DNA from: Lama guanicoe
Lineage: Eukaryota
Length of the DNA stretch: 64,000 nt
Assembly (NCBI GenBank): GCA_013239625.1
Contig: MU054187.1
Location: 21,145,280-21,209,279 of the forward strand
Direction: 5' to 3'
Positions 12,561 through 26,052 of the stretch are shown here, one piece after another (the stretch's first letter is position 1; each line of letters begins with the position of its first letter). The position numbers and the translations under genes were made by a program. A model generated the notes under the pieces. It saw nothing but the letters and a program-made list of their open reading frames with translations. It was not told the origin of the DNA and searched no databases.

Positions 12561-14649
12561 GTGAAATTTTTGAACCTGACCGAGATTTTTCTGGTCTCGC
12601 TCAGTAATCAGTACCTCTGTCATTGGCAGGAGCTGGCTGCCTTGTGGGGTGTAGTGGTGCACTCTTTATGGCCCTGCTTTAGCCCCCTTTCCACCACTCT
12701 TTGGGACCTCAGCTCTCTGACAAGGGACATGTGCATCTTACTGTCACCCAGTTCCAGCACACAGCAGCCAACCCCATCAGCCCCTTCTCTTTCTTTGGCA
12801 GGAAGTTCTTTTCTATAGGATTCCATAAAGATAGCAGATGACTTCCTATAGGATGCGCTGAGCCCATGGGAGATGCAGGCATTCTTGTCCTGCTAAGTAG
12901 TGGGACATCAGTGTCCTGCTTATCTGCTGTCCCCTCTTCTTGCTCTACTTGTTTGACTATTGCAGTCAACAGTCTGAATTCTCTGGAAAGGAAAGGGGCA
13001 GTCCTTTCCACATCCCAGTGCTTTCCCAACCTCCAGGGGCCACAAGTCAGCAGATTCCAGAATCTTCTCATAACAGTGGTCATGAAGAAATTGGCCTGCA
13101 GACTTCTGCTCAGCAAGCCTGTGGGCAGGATTGAGACACTAGTCTCCTGTGTTCAAAGTATTCAACTCACTATTTTAGATCCTTTGGAGCTGGCCCTTTC
13201 AGATACGTGTATGGAGCATGCGTGCAGGAGAGCAGGAGAGGAGATAAGTGGAACCCCCTCCCGTGGATAACGTCTCATTGCCTTGATGACTTTCTCTCCC
13301 GATGCTCTCCAAAATTCTGCATTTGACAGTCCAGATGAGGGGGCAGGTAGGAGGCCAGTTTTGCTGCTTGATAGAAAACCCTAGGAGAGGTGCGTTGCAG
13401 CTACTCTTTAGAATTCTTTCTCTTACTGGTCTCAATTTAGGCTTTAGTTTGAAGTCACAGGAGAAGCCCTGCTTCACGACTTGTTATATGGAAAGCACTC
13501 ATTTACATCTGAAGAAATGGTGTCTCTGGAAGTTAGGTTCTTTTTCCTGTGGCCTCTAAACTTCTTTAGTGAATGTCGAAACCCAGTTTGCATCTAGGTT
13601 AGTCTGATCCCAAACCAACTGTTCTGTTCACTGTACTGTTTACCTCGGAATGCAATTGTTCAGCTGTGAATGGTGACCAAAGGGCATCTACAAGTGAGAC
13701 TGATGTCGGTGGCGCTCTTTGGGATTTACTCAGATACTTAACAACGTAAAAGGGAGCTTTGATGCTGTAGGGATATCCAGGCTTTTCCAACTTAATTGAC
13801 TCCTGTGTTGGTGCTGGTAACCATTCGTCATTTTCCCCCAGCAAGTGAAGAAACATTTGATAGAGCTAATGCGGTGCCTAGCTCATTGTGAGAATTCAAT
13901 AAATATTTGTTAAAACATTTGAATGAAAGACTGCTGGGATTCAAAGTCACCAGATGCGGCTACTTCTAGCGAACAGCGACTACTATTGAATTCTGTCGAC
14001 TTCTTTCATTGTGTAGGTCTCACTGTTGTTCATCCATCCATCATCAACCCTTACAGTCAAGGAAATATCCTTAGCATTTTTATTAGATGACTGCATGTCT
14101 CTTATGTACACCTAGGAGAGATGCCGGGCTTTCAAAAGCAGCCTGATTGTGTCAGATGTGAAAATCTAATCAGCAAGAAACAATTTAAAATGAGCCAAGT
14201 TGTAGCAGAATCTAGAGAGCTCTATCTTTAACTGTAGAATCTTTTTCTGCTTCATTATAGCCTCAACTTTTTTTCAGCTTTTACATAAAAAAATGATGAT
14301 AAATGGCCACTGCAGATAGCTTAATATAGTAAAATATTTACTCTGATTTTTCTCTCAGTGTTCAGAGGGAAAAATTCTAGGTAAACCTCAGGGATCTTTG
14401 AGGAACTTTAGAAACTGTCCTCTCAGTCAGATCAATTTATTAAAGATCAGTTAGTAAAAATGCTATTGGAAATGTTTCATCTCTTTCTTAGAAAATAATA
14501 CTATTTACTTGTAAAAAGAATCCATTGAAGAGATTTACATATAAAATTATGAATGAAAAAGAAAAATATTAAATTCATCTGAATTTAATTCAGTCTGTAA
14601 AGTTAGCTATGGACCCTGATTTATAGGGTCTGGTGTCTTTACACCTAGT

Positions 14650-14895
14650 ACATCCATGTATGAGACACTAGAAGATATAAAACTACAGCGAGAGAAAGCT
14701 GATCCATCAATAGTTTCCTAAAGCAGTCAGGAAAGAGGCTTAATTGCAAAGGGGCACAGAAACTTTCAGGATTGGAGATGCTTTCTATCTTGATTGTGGT
14801 TGTGATGACATGAATGTTTCTCACTTCAAAAATTTTTCAAATACTTATATAAGGGGTGAATCTTTTGTATCTACATTATATTTCAATAAACCTGG
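14650..14895 (+). mobile_element. Old L1 3' end (L1ME/MC-like)
   Basis: gcaaaggggcacagaaactttc...ctatcttgattgtggttgtg...tacattatatttcaataaa. Confidence 0.75.
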
Positions 14896-15202
14896 GGGGA
14901 GTGGAGGAGAAAAAATCTTTGTCATTGAGTTTAGGCTATTTTACTTGTAATATCTTCTATTCTGATAAAGTGGATAGGACAATGGTGCAGTCTAATTTAA
15001 TTATGTTCTACATGCAATAATATAGAGTCTCATGCTTCAGATTATCTTAAAGATTATTTAGTCTAACCCTTCCTTATTTCATTTGCTCTCCATTTAGTTA
15101 GTTGGCATTAATGGCTGCTTTCTGTGTTTTAGGAAGTGTGCTACTTGCAGGACTTGCAGGATACATGAAGTCGAATAAGATATAGTCCCTGCCTTAGGAA
15201 GG

Positions 15203-15765
15203 TGTATTAGTTATCTACAGCTGCATAACAAGTTAACCTGCAATTTAGTGGCTTAAAGCAACACACATTTATTATCTCACAGTTTCTGTGAATCAGAAAT
15301 CCAGACACTGCTTACCTGAGACTTTGATTTCAGGATGTCTTACAAGGCTTACCACCAAGATATCAGCCAGGCCTGGGACCTCTCATCTGAAAGCTCAACT
15401 AGTAAAGGATCTGCTTCTAAACTCACTGTGTATTTGTTGGCAGAATTCAGTACCTTTGAGTGCTGCTGCACCTAGGGCCTCTGTTCCTTGCTGGCTGTTG
15501 ACTGGAAGCTTTTCTCCTTTACTTGGCTAGTGACCTTAACCAATATGACCCTTTCATCAAAGAGTGCAGACTGAGAAGGAAATAGAGAGAGTCACCTAGG
15601 AAAACCAAGTCACAATTTTTATAACTCAGTCATAGAATGACATCCCCTCAAGGTTACCACAGAACCTTGGTTAGAAACAAAATACTGAAGAGAAGGGAAT
15701 TAACAAAGTTATCGATACCAGGAAGCAAGGACCATTGGACGGCATCTCAAACGCTGCTTACCACA
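15203..15765 (-). mobile_element. MLT1F-like MaLR solo LTR
   Basis: Begins tgtattagttatct...gtggcttaaagcaacacacatttattatctcacagtttctgtg and ends gcttaccaca (TG...CA). The 5-bp flanks gaagg/gaaag fit a decayed TSD. Confidence 0.85.
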
Positions 15766-15859
15766 GAAAGCCTAGTTGATTCATCTGACTATCCAGGCTT
15801 AATCTCCAAGAAACCATCCAGCAAGCGCTTTAATTCATTTTCATCTTACAGAATAGTGC

Positions 15860-16070
15860 GTAAGAGTGGGGGCTTTAAAATCGAACTCATTTTGTTTAAC
15901 TTCTGATTCTCCTACTTACTAGCCATATGTCTGGGAATTTATTAAACTCTTTAAGCATCAGTTCCCTGATAACTGATAAACTTGCCATGAAACTTAAACA
16001 CAATAATGAATGTAAAGCTTTGAGCTTGGTATCTGGGAAATAGTAAACATTCAATGAATATTATTTTTTG
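15860..16070 (+). mobile_element. MIR
   Basis: cttactagccatatgtctggg...catcagttccctgat...tgtaaagctttgagcttggtatctgggaaatagtaaacattcaatgaat. Confidence 0.6.
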
Positions 16071-19000
16071 TTTTTATCCGTGTACAAATCTTATTCTTGA
16101 CCTGAAATCCAGCTCTCTGAAACTTCTTCCTTTTGAATTTAGTTGAAAAATTTGGAGCTTACTAATCAAGTCACAGTCACTTTCAAATGCTAGTCCTGAC
16201 TTTGACATCAAAGGCAGCATATGTGTTGTCCCCATTTTCCCCCCTCTCCTGCACATTCCAGACCTTCCTGTTTCTGCAAATGTTCCTTGTATAGCATAAT
16301 TTCAAGCCTGCAGGTCACTCTCTTCTCAAGATGCTTGTTATAGTATAAGCCATCTGTGAGTTGTTGTATAAAACTGAATAAATTTCAGGCATGTTTTGAT
16401 CCATGCAAAACAGATAATTATTTATGAAAGAAAGAAAGAGAGGAAGCAAGAAAGGAAGGAAGAATTATTATTAAAGGAATGGATATCCTATAATTATAGA
16501 ACAATTTTAAGTAATTAGATTTTAACTAGTGCAATAATATTTATGAATAGTCTTCTTGAAAATGATAGTAGTTTACAAGTGACCTAATGGTGGGCATTAA
16601 TATCATTTAACTCTTTACCTTCGTAGAGATTCACGAAAATCAGTATGAAATGGAAAGTGAAAGTTAAGTGCCACTTTACAGTTTGGTACCTAGTAGTTCT
16701 TCTCTTATATATTTCATTTACACAAGTCAGATGATTTAGCAATAATATAATCAGGATACTCAGAGTGAAAATTCCCATTTCTAATCATTGCTCGATATTA
16801 ATAGAAGCCTAAAAGCAACCCCTGAGGTTGAATTGTAATTTAGTCCCTTCTACAGAGAAAGAGATATTTCTCATCTTTTGTGTATAATGTCACTGGTTAA
16901 AAGCATTTAACAGCTTAATCAGATTTTTTTCTTAGAGTTATACATATACAATGTCTATCAATATGCTATGATGGAATCTTAACTGAATATAAATATGATG
17001 TTTATGCACTGAAGATAAATCTATAAAGATTTTTGACTGTGGATTTTCATGACTTAATAAAATATACTTTCTTGATAATTCACAATTTTGTGCATATAAT
17101 TTCCACAAATAAGATAAAAATAAGTTTACACTTTTCCCCTAAGTGAACAGTTCTTTCAAGTTCACATACAAATAGAAAGGGCTGTTTTAAAAAAATCAGG
17201 CTTAGCATTTTCTAACTCTTCTCCTCAGAAAACATAATGAAACTAAGTTCATCTTTATTTTGGCTCATAGTTTACACACAAAATATATTTTGGACAGAAA
17301 GATCAATATTGGTTAGTTCTGCTTATTAAAGCAATACAGGTTCCTGGCAAAACATCCAAAGATACTCAAGATATAAAGAAGAAAAAAACAAGCAAACAGA
17401 CAAACACCATAAGCCTAGACAACCACTGTCCACATTTAATGCATATTCTTTTTGACATTTATCACAAGCTTACTTTTGTGTATTGGGATATTACTGTTTT
17501 ATTTAATGGTTTTTAAAATGTCTTTGATATGTTTGACCATATACATGCACATAGTGAAGTTTTAAGCTTTATGTGTTTTGTTTCTATATTTATTGTCATG
17601 CTTGGGACATTCTATTACCACTGCCCCAACATCCATTTTCCCCACTTCCCCATTTCCAATCAAAAGATAGAATCAAATATTTTAAAATATAGTTTTCTCT
17701 GTATTTTTTTAATGAATTGTGGAGTCGGGTTATTTTCAGTAACTTGGAATTTTGAGTTGAAAATATTTGAGAATTTCTACGAACAGATATTTATGTTTGT
17801 CTTCTTTTGTAAGAAGAAGTGCCAATTTAATTAGTTTATAATTAAGGTTATGTTGTAGATGTATCTGTATATATCGTCAATATAATCTGTACATGAAGTA
17901 ATTTAGCACCAGCACTTGCATTCTTCTTCGGATTACAACAGAAATTCTAATCAATGGCATTTATTATTTTCCCATAGAATAACATTCAACACATTATAAA
18001 TATTTACATCATCGCCAATATTCCTTAAAAACATCAGAAAAACTTCACGTGCACATGGGATTCTCAGGTAATGGAGAACAGTCGTATGAGGACAAACTAT
18101 TTTATTTAAATGTGTTCTCTTTCCCTTTTGACATTGATAGGGATATAAAAACCCTGTCTTTGGTAAAAATTCCTAGAATGAGAAATATCTAGAGTGAAAT
18201 ATTTAGAAATGAAATATCCCTGCAAGGAAGCTACATCATATATTTTTTCCCAGAGAGTTTAAGTTTAAGTAATCTTAATTCATAGATCACTTGCTAAATT
18301 GCTCTTGCTTTTAAATAAGCATGATCATATATTAATTTGGTGGTTGGTGTATTAAACAATTTAAAGTAACTGTGTGTTTAAAAATTTTATATATAATCAT
18401 TTTATTTAATACATTTATTTGTTACACATAGATTATTTATCAAAATATTTCTCCTGTGCTCTGAAAGTAATTTATTGCAAAAAATGTACTAACTGTTCAT
18501 AAATTCAGCAAGTTGTTAGAAACAAGTTTGAACCTGTCTTATGCATCAAGATTAGGTCCTAGATCACAAAGCTTTTGAATTAAATTGAAGTAAGAATAAC
18601 ATTTATGGATCATTTTTATTTGAAGATGTTTCCATCATAAGATTGACTTATTTTATTAAGGACTCTTTTTAAAAATACTATTTGAAATGAGACTTGTCTA
18701 AAAAAGTATTTATTTAGTTCTTAAAATTGGATTGAATAACAGGCTTGCATTTAATATTTCTAACAGCAATGTTATTTTGCTTTAAAAATGTGGAAAGTTA
18801 AAAGTAGAGTTTTGTCTTCCAATATATAATCATCTGAAATCGTCTCATTCACTCATTCATTTTATTAAACATTAAAAACTACTTACTTATATTTTAGGTT
18901 CTAGGTATCTAAGCATGTGCAGACCAGAAGAGGAAATGACAGACATTAAAAAAAAAGAATTAATGGAAATTGCTTTGATATGGATATTTTAATTTTATCT

Positions 19001-19261
19001 GTATTTGAAATGGCCAATTAGTCTTAATTAATAGAGAGAAGCAACTCAGAAATGTATATATTTAAAAGTTTGTCAGTAATCTTTATGAAGCTTTGTGGAA
19101 TATGTTTTGTGGATAAGTTTTGTGAAATAACTTTGAAAAACATGGTCACATTACAATTTTTGAGGCTTTCTTCTGTTTTTGTTTCTATTCAAGCCATGTG
19201 GGGCCTAAGAGCTAATGTGGAAATATATTTCCATTATGCAATTAACTTAGTACAGCCTTTT

Positions 19262-19842
19262 TGTAGACAGAATAGTGAGCTCCCAAAGATGCCCACCTCC
19301 TAATCCCCAGCACCGTGAATAGGTTACCTCACATGGTAAAGGGACTTTGCTGATGAGATTGAATCAAAGATCTTGTGAGAGGAAGATAATCCTGGGTTAT
19401 CCAGAAGAGCCCAATGTAATCATAGGGTCTTTTTTTTGGTTTCAGTTGAAGTACAGTCAGTTACAATGTATCAATTTCTGATGTACAGCATAATGTTTCA
19501 GTCATACATGAAAAAATATATGTATGTATATGCATGACTAGGGTTTTTATAAGAGGGAAGCAAGGCTATCAAGGGCAGAATAATCTGGGATGAAGAAGTA
19601 GAAGTTGGCGTGATACGCTTATAAAAACAGAGGAAAGGGCTCTGGCCAAGAAATGCAGGCTGCCTCTAGGAGCAAGAAAGGAGTTCCAGGAACCTCCAGA
19701 AAGAGTGCAGCACTGCTTACACTTTAATTAGAGCCCAGTAAGACTCATTTTGGACTTTCAGAACTGTAGAGAATAAATTTGCATTGTTTTAAGTTACCGA
19801 ATTTGTGATAGCTTGTTACAGCAGCAGTAGGAAACAGATACA
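19262..19842 (+). mobile_element. MLT1D-like MaLR solo LTR, interrupted by a small L1 insertion
   Basis: cagaatagtgagctcccaaagatgcccacctcctaatcccc...ccaagaaatgcaggctgcctctag...aataaatttgcattgttttaag...ttgttacagcagcagtaggaaacagataca. Confidence 0.85.
19433..19538 (-). mobile_element. Very short L1 3' end with 5' inversion
   Basis: TSD tagggtcttt (19423-19432) / tagggttttt (19539-19548). Contains a poly-T, the L1 3' motif, then an inverted segment atatatgtatgtatatgcatgac. Confidence 0.75.
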
Positions 19843-20175
19843 AATACACACCCTGATAACACGGTGGAAAGGCCTCTGTTTGGGTAACTAAATTAGAATC
19901 CTAAATCCATTCATCAGATGAATCACTGCAGACATACTTATCGACTAGAGCAGGATATGAAACTGTTTTTTCTTATTTCCAGGGAAACATAGGTAGGTAC
20001 CTGCTAACTCTACCCACCACCAACTAAGTATTCAGAGGTGGCAAAGCAGTCCAAAAGCAGGTGCTGGTGGAGCCCAGGCAAAAACCATTGCATTTATTGA
20101 ATATCCTCATTTCTTTTTAACTGAGTCTCCAGATACCACTGGAATTTTATAGACCAATGTAAGAATACCCTAACC

Positions 20176-21060
20176 CAGTTCTCCAAGGAAGACATACAAA
20201 GCACATGAAAAAATGCTCAGTATCACTAATTACCAGAGAAATGCAAATCAAAACTACAATGAGGTATCACCTCACACCAGTCAGAATGGCCGTCATTCAA
20301 AAATCCACAAATGACAAATGCTGGAGAGGCTGTGGAGAAAGGGGAACCCTCCTACACTGCTGGTGGGAATGCAGTTTGGTGCAGCCACTATGGAAAACAG
20401 TGTGGAGATTCCTCAAAAGACTAGGAATAGACTTACCATATGACCCAGGAATCCCACTCCTGGGCTTGTATCCAGAAGGAAATCTATTTCAGGATGACAC
20501 CTGCACTCCAATGTTCATAGCAGCACTATTTACAATAGCCAAAACATGGAAACAGCCTAAATGTCCATCAACAGGTGACTGGATAAAGAAGAGGTGGTAT
20601 ATTTATACAATGGAATACTACTCAGCCATAAAAACTGACAACATAACGCCATTTGCAGCAACATGGATGCTCCTGAAGAATGTCATTCTAAGTGAAGTAA
20701 GCCAGAAAGAGAAAGAAAAATACCATATGAGATCGCTCATATGTGGAATCTAAAAAACAAAAACAAAAACAAAAAAACAAAGCATACATACAAAACAGAA
20801 ATAGACTCATAGAACTAGTGGTTGCCAAGGGGGCAGAGGGTGGGAAGGGATAGACGGGACTTTAGAATTGTAGAATAGATAAACAAGATCATACTGTATA
20901 GCACAGGGAAATATGCACAAGATCTTATGGTAGCTCACAGAGAAAACAATGTGACAACGAATATATATATGTTCATGTATAACTGAAAAATTGTGCTCTA
21001 CACTGGAATTTGACACAACATTGTAAAATGATTATAAATCACTAAAAAATGGTAAAAAAA
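20176..21060 (+). mobile_element. Young 5'-truncated L1 (ORF2 C-terminus, 3' UTR and polyA)
   Basis: Open frame 20205-20753 (182 aa) contains the L1 ORF2 cysteine-rich motif [18 protein letters not shown] and the [19 protein letters not shown] and [10 protein letters not shown] motifs. It has an A tail and a candidate TSD aagaata at 20161-20167 / 21061-21067. Confidence 0.95.
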
Positions 21061-22289
21061 AAGAATAAAACATTTCAATGTGAATACTTTAGATGCTTTC
21101 TTGACTGTTACGTGGTCAAAAAAGAGATTCTCCTAGTAAATAATGTAAGTGGTGCTCTTTGTGTATCCATCCCAGGCTAACAGAAAGCTGACCCCCGTAC
21201 TCCTTTCCCTGTTTTCTGGGAGTGTTCAGCATCAGAGAGACCGATACTCTGTCTTCCAGGGAGAGGAGAAAATCTGTATTAGCTTCTAGGGCATTATTTT
21301 TGCAGCTCTAGAGTTCATTAAAACCCTCTCTGGCTTTCTTCGCTGCCATCTTTCTCCCTTCTTATGCATTATTCAAGGCAGACTTCAGCTGAGGTAAACA
21401 GTTTGATTTGGAGGTTTTTGTATCTGGATTTAGATGCAACAAGAAGTGTTAAATGCTCAGAATTTTAAGCGCGCAGAGTGGCACAACCGCAGCTATTAAG
21501 ATGGAAGACATTTGCCGTCAACGCTCTGGGGCCGCTGTTGCGACATAAGCTTGGAACTATTTGTCATTCTGAAGTAGGTAGGCATTATGATGCCTGCAGT
21601 ATAAATCAGACTTTACGGAGTGCTCGGTCCCCAAGCACTTGGAACATGCTAATCCACTTCTCAGTTAACAGAGCATTTTTTTGATTTTTACAAGGTAAAG
21701 TTTCCTTTTCTTATTTAACCTTGCCAATGCATTATTAATCTCTATTATTTTCCAGGTATTAGATACCAAACAACAAAACATTTTTAGCCTACATGTTTCT
21801 CCTGGATAAAATGAGGTTGTAAGTTTTGAGTTCTTTCAACAAATAATGTGAAAGCTAAGAGGAGCTAGGAAACATTTCATTTTTATAAAACTCAAGGTAA
21901 GCCTAATTTTTTCTTTCACAGGAGTCATCTCGTCCTTGGATTCTGTCTCAATTTTAATTTTTTTAAACACTTAGCTCATGGCATTAGATACTTGAAAAAA
22001 TGATGTATGGAACACAGTTTGCATGTATAGAAAGCTACATTGCTTTGGAACTAATGGGCAGAATTGGTTCAGTGTGATGTAGCACATTTAAAACAATCCA
22101 AGAAAATCTTATTATAGTTCTGTCATTTACTAAAATTCACTTCCCTAATGTCAGTTTCCATTAAAGCAGTTTTCATAAAATTATGTTCATGAAATTATGC
22201 CCAGGTGGTACTGCTTTTAGGCAAAGCATTTTATTCATGTTCTTGGCTCTAACACAATGTCATTAGCAGCAGGGGTTTCATTTACTAAA

Positions 22290-22505
22290 GAATAATGAGA
22301 AGTAACATTTATTAATTACTATATGCTGGAGCAGTGCGCTAAGTACTTTACATACCTTATCTAAGTTAATGTTCACAGTAACTCTATGATACAGTTCTTT
22401 TCTGTTAGCATCCCGTGTTATAGCTAAAAGTTGCTTGCCAAGTGATAATCTTGAAATCAACCTGTCTGACATCAGAGTACGAGCTCTTAAATACTTTGCC
22501 ACTGA
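22290..22505 (-). mobile_element. MIR
   Basis: gcgctaagtactttacataccttatctaagttaatgttcacagtaactctatga...ctgtctgacatcagagtacgagctcttaa. Confidence 0.65.
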
Positions 22506-23719
22506 TCGCAAATTCAAACGTGTACAAGAACATAAGTGTATGAAGCTGCCCAGTATAATGTAATATGGAAGGGTGGAGACTGTAGCAAATTGATCACAAT
22601 GTAAATGCATTTAAACTGTATACCTGGGCAACTAATGCATATTTGTGGATCAGCTGTTGACCTCTGTTTTAAACTCTACACAAAGCTACACTACTTTCAA
22701 AAGTGTTCACTTACATGCATAATTCTTCCTTTGTTGATTTCAATCTTATTCAAGTTTCATCAGGGAATGTAAACCTTCCTGTGAACAGAGGTGTGAACAG
22801 AACATTGTCCTATAACCGTTTCATGGCAAAGACCTACCCATTAGACCAGTCATGTGGTCTATCTGGTCTCAGGACAGAAGAGGGAGCTCCTTATCTGAGC
22901 CTGGGGGAATGTTCAGACTCAGAAGTCAAGGCAAAATTTGAGTTCTGAAGAGGGCACTTATGTTGAAGGGACAAGAAGAATGTATTAAGATGTCACCTGT
23001 AGCACTAATTGTCTTATGGTCAAGAATATGAGGGTGATGGCAGCTAGTGAAGGCAGCCGAGGCAATGTTTCTAAACCAGCTCTGTATTTTGTAGGTCATC
23101 ATTCCAGCCACGGTGTAAGGCAGACATGGGCCATTTTTGATGGATGAGGGATGAAGTGTATGTAAATTTTGCACATAAAAATTTAAAGATAAACAAGGAG
23201 TTTCAATTCTCCAACAAAAAGCTGTGGAAAAACCGTGCAAGTACCGTTAGTTCCTTTAGGTGGGGAAATCCACTTAAGGGATTTTCATTGCCTAGTTTTC
23301 AACTAAACAAAGAAAGGTAGGAAAACATTTGCTATTGGTTAGATTATTTAAGGAGGAAATATATTTTTCTGAATTAACACAGTGTTTCTGGGTAAATTTA
23401 ATTAAGTTGTCCTTTCTCCAAAATCTCTAATAACTCCTTATTTTAGTTACAGCAGACATCCTTAATTTGATAGATTACTTAACTTGTCTGGTCTTTAATT
23501 TCCATGATGTTGAGTGTGTGCTTTATACGCTGTCTTCACTGGATGTGCTAATAAAATATGAAATTTGAAAATCTCTGAAGCTAGGCTTGATCATATCTCT
23601 ACCAGCTCTAAAATTCAACAGATCAGTAGTCATTCATGACAAGACCCTTCATTACCCGGCAACCGTTTCTACTATAATGCACCTGTCTCCCCCCATTCTA
23701 TTACATTCTATTGAAAAAC

Positions 23720-23985
23720 AAATTTCATTGAATTTTTGACTCAGTGGTTGGATGTGGAAAAGGCTTACTCACTATTAGGGGGCATTTGAAAGCATATGAA
23801 GGAATTTTCTGTTTTCTCTGTAACTAAAGGAATAGAGGGGACCTATTTAGTAGCCAGAGGTCAGGGATGTTGTTAAATATCCTGCCATAGATGGTAAAAT
23901 ACTCTTACATAAAAAAGACAATAGCACTTTTTTATGAGAAATATGGTAATGGATCATGTGCTTGAAGTTTGAAAATCACTGCAGT
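23720..23985. mobile_element. MER20/MER3-like hAT relic
   Basis: ggggcatttgaaa...tttagtagccagaggtcagggatgttgttaaatatcctgc...gaaaatcactg. Confidence 0.5.
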
Positions 23986-25073
23986 AAAACTAATTCCTTT
24001 TCTGATTAGAACTGTCCTTTCTTGGTTTGCTCATGCTCTCTCTGCTTCTGAGCACTTCCCTAGGTTACCCTGTTGAAATCCTGTTTGTTTTTTCTAAGGC
24101 TCAGCCCAGATCTCATCTCTTTTAGGAAGTAACTTGTAAACCTCTCACTTCATTCTAAACTTGGAGATCTTTTCTACTTTTTGATGTCCTTTGATGGCCC
24201 TCCCCCTTGAACGCAAGTCTGAATAATCTCCAAAGGCACAGGCAACCTAACAAGTATGTCACTCACTTTCCCATTTCTGCTTTCCACGTCGGGTTTGGCA
24301 AAGAGCTTTTAAACGGTCAAGAGATATGTCTCTTGTTCTTTGCTTTATTTATATTAGATTGTTGCTCCTATGGAGAATTAGACAATAATAATGAAATAAT
24401 AATGACATCCTCACCCGCAAAAGCATCACTGTTAAACGTCCTACCAAAGATAAAGGAGCCTCAGAGTGCCTCTTTGTTAAGTCACTGCAGGAGCTACTGA
24501 TAACAGAATATGAAACCCGCTCCTTCATACCCTTTGCTGTTGGGTGTCTTGAATCCATGACTTAAATTTAGATATACAGACTCCCTAATGGCAATAGAGG
24601 ATTGTTTTTTTCTAGAAAGAATGGTAGCTTTCAGGTCTTCTCTTGAGAAATTAAAAAGTATATAATCAGCCAACTAGCAGTTGACTGAAACAAGATCAAG
24701 TACAGTGGCCCCATAAATTCAGTAAAAGAATCAACATGTTCCTTCAGCCTGATGATCTGGGCTTTAATAAACAAGAACTGCTGACTCCTGCCAGATGTTG
24801 GTAGTAAAAGTAGTTGCTACAAACGTCATTTCCAAGACTTATGTCTGGAGACTATGTGCTATTTCAGATTTTCAACTAATCTCAAAATGATTAATACATC
24901 CTTTGAGTTGTAGCTTGAAAGATGACTTTGATATGAAAGGTTTGATAAGAGAATAGAATTGTTTCTTTGAATGTATTCATCTGTTTTTGCAGGATATTAT
25001 TTAAAGCCATAGATAATGATGTGTCTATTTATACTCAAATTTTAGTTTACCAGTCCATGTATGTTCTTATTGC

Positions 25074-26052
25074 TTTTTTATTGAGATATAATTGGCATTT
25101 AACATTATGTCAGTTTCAGGTGCATGACAAAATGTTTTGATATTTGTATATATTGTGAGATTACCACTGTAGTAAGTCTAGATAACATCCATCATTACAC
25201 ATAGTTACCGATTTTTTTTCTTGTGATGAAAACGTTTAGATCTACTTCCTTAGTAACTTTCAAATATACAATAAAGTGTTAACTGTAGTCACCATATGGT
25301 ACATTACATCCCCTGTGACTTAACTTAATTTGTAACTGGAAATTTGTGCTTTTTAACCCCCTTCATTTTGCTCACCCCACAGCAACCACCACTGTTCTTT
25401 GTATTCATGAGCTTGGTTTTTGGGTTTTGTCTGGTTTTGTTTTGTTTTCTTTTGATTTTCTTTGTTTTTATTTGTTTGTTTGTTTTGTTGTTGTTTTAGA
25501 TGTGACATACAAGTGAGGTCATAGAGTATTTGTCTTTCTCTGACTTATTTCACTTAGCATAATGCCCTCCAGATTGATCTGTGTTGTCTCAAATGGCAAG
25601 ATTTCCTTCTTGTTTAAGACCAAATAATATTCCATTGTGTGTGTAGGTATATATGCATGTGTGTGTGTGTGTACCACATTTTCTTTATCCATTCATCCAT
25701 AGATGGACCTTTAGATTGGTTCTATATCTTACCCATTGTGAATAGTGCTGCAAAGAACATAGGGTTGCATATATACTTTTGAGTTAATAGTTTTGTTTTC
25801 TCCGAATAAATACCCAGAAGTTGAATCCTGGATCACAGAGTAGTTCTATTTTTAATTTTTTGAGGAACATCCGTACTGTTTTCCGTAATGGCTACACCAA
25901 TTCACATACCCAACAACAGTGTACAAGGTTTCCCTTTTCTCCACATCCTCACCAACACTTGTTATTTCTTATCTTTCTGGCAACAGCCATTCTAACAAGT
26001 GTGAGGTGATAGCTCACTGTGGTTTTGATTTGCATTTTCCTGATAATTAGTT
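25074..26052 (-). mobile_element. L1 3' region (L1MA-like)
   Basis: tttattgagatataattg...gacttatttcacttagcataatgccctcc...tttttgaggaacatccgtactgttttcc...ccattctaacaagtgtgaggtgata, i.e. antisense ORF2 end plus 3' UTR. Confidence 0.9.

Noticed and set aside
17978..18067. Exon-like segment ending KNFTCTWDSQ|gtaatg, reminiscent of cytokine-receptor motifs
   Set aside because: All three frames after the upstream acceptor contain stop codons, so the resemblance is probably chance.
20205..20753. 182-aa ORF (and its 187-aa twin at 56982-57545) as a host gene
   Set aside because: Both are C-terminal fragments of L1 ORF2 in 5'-truncated, promoterless copies.
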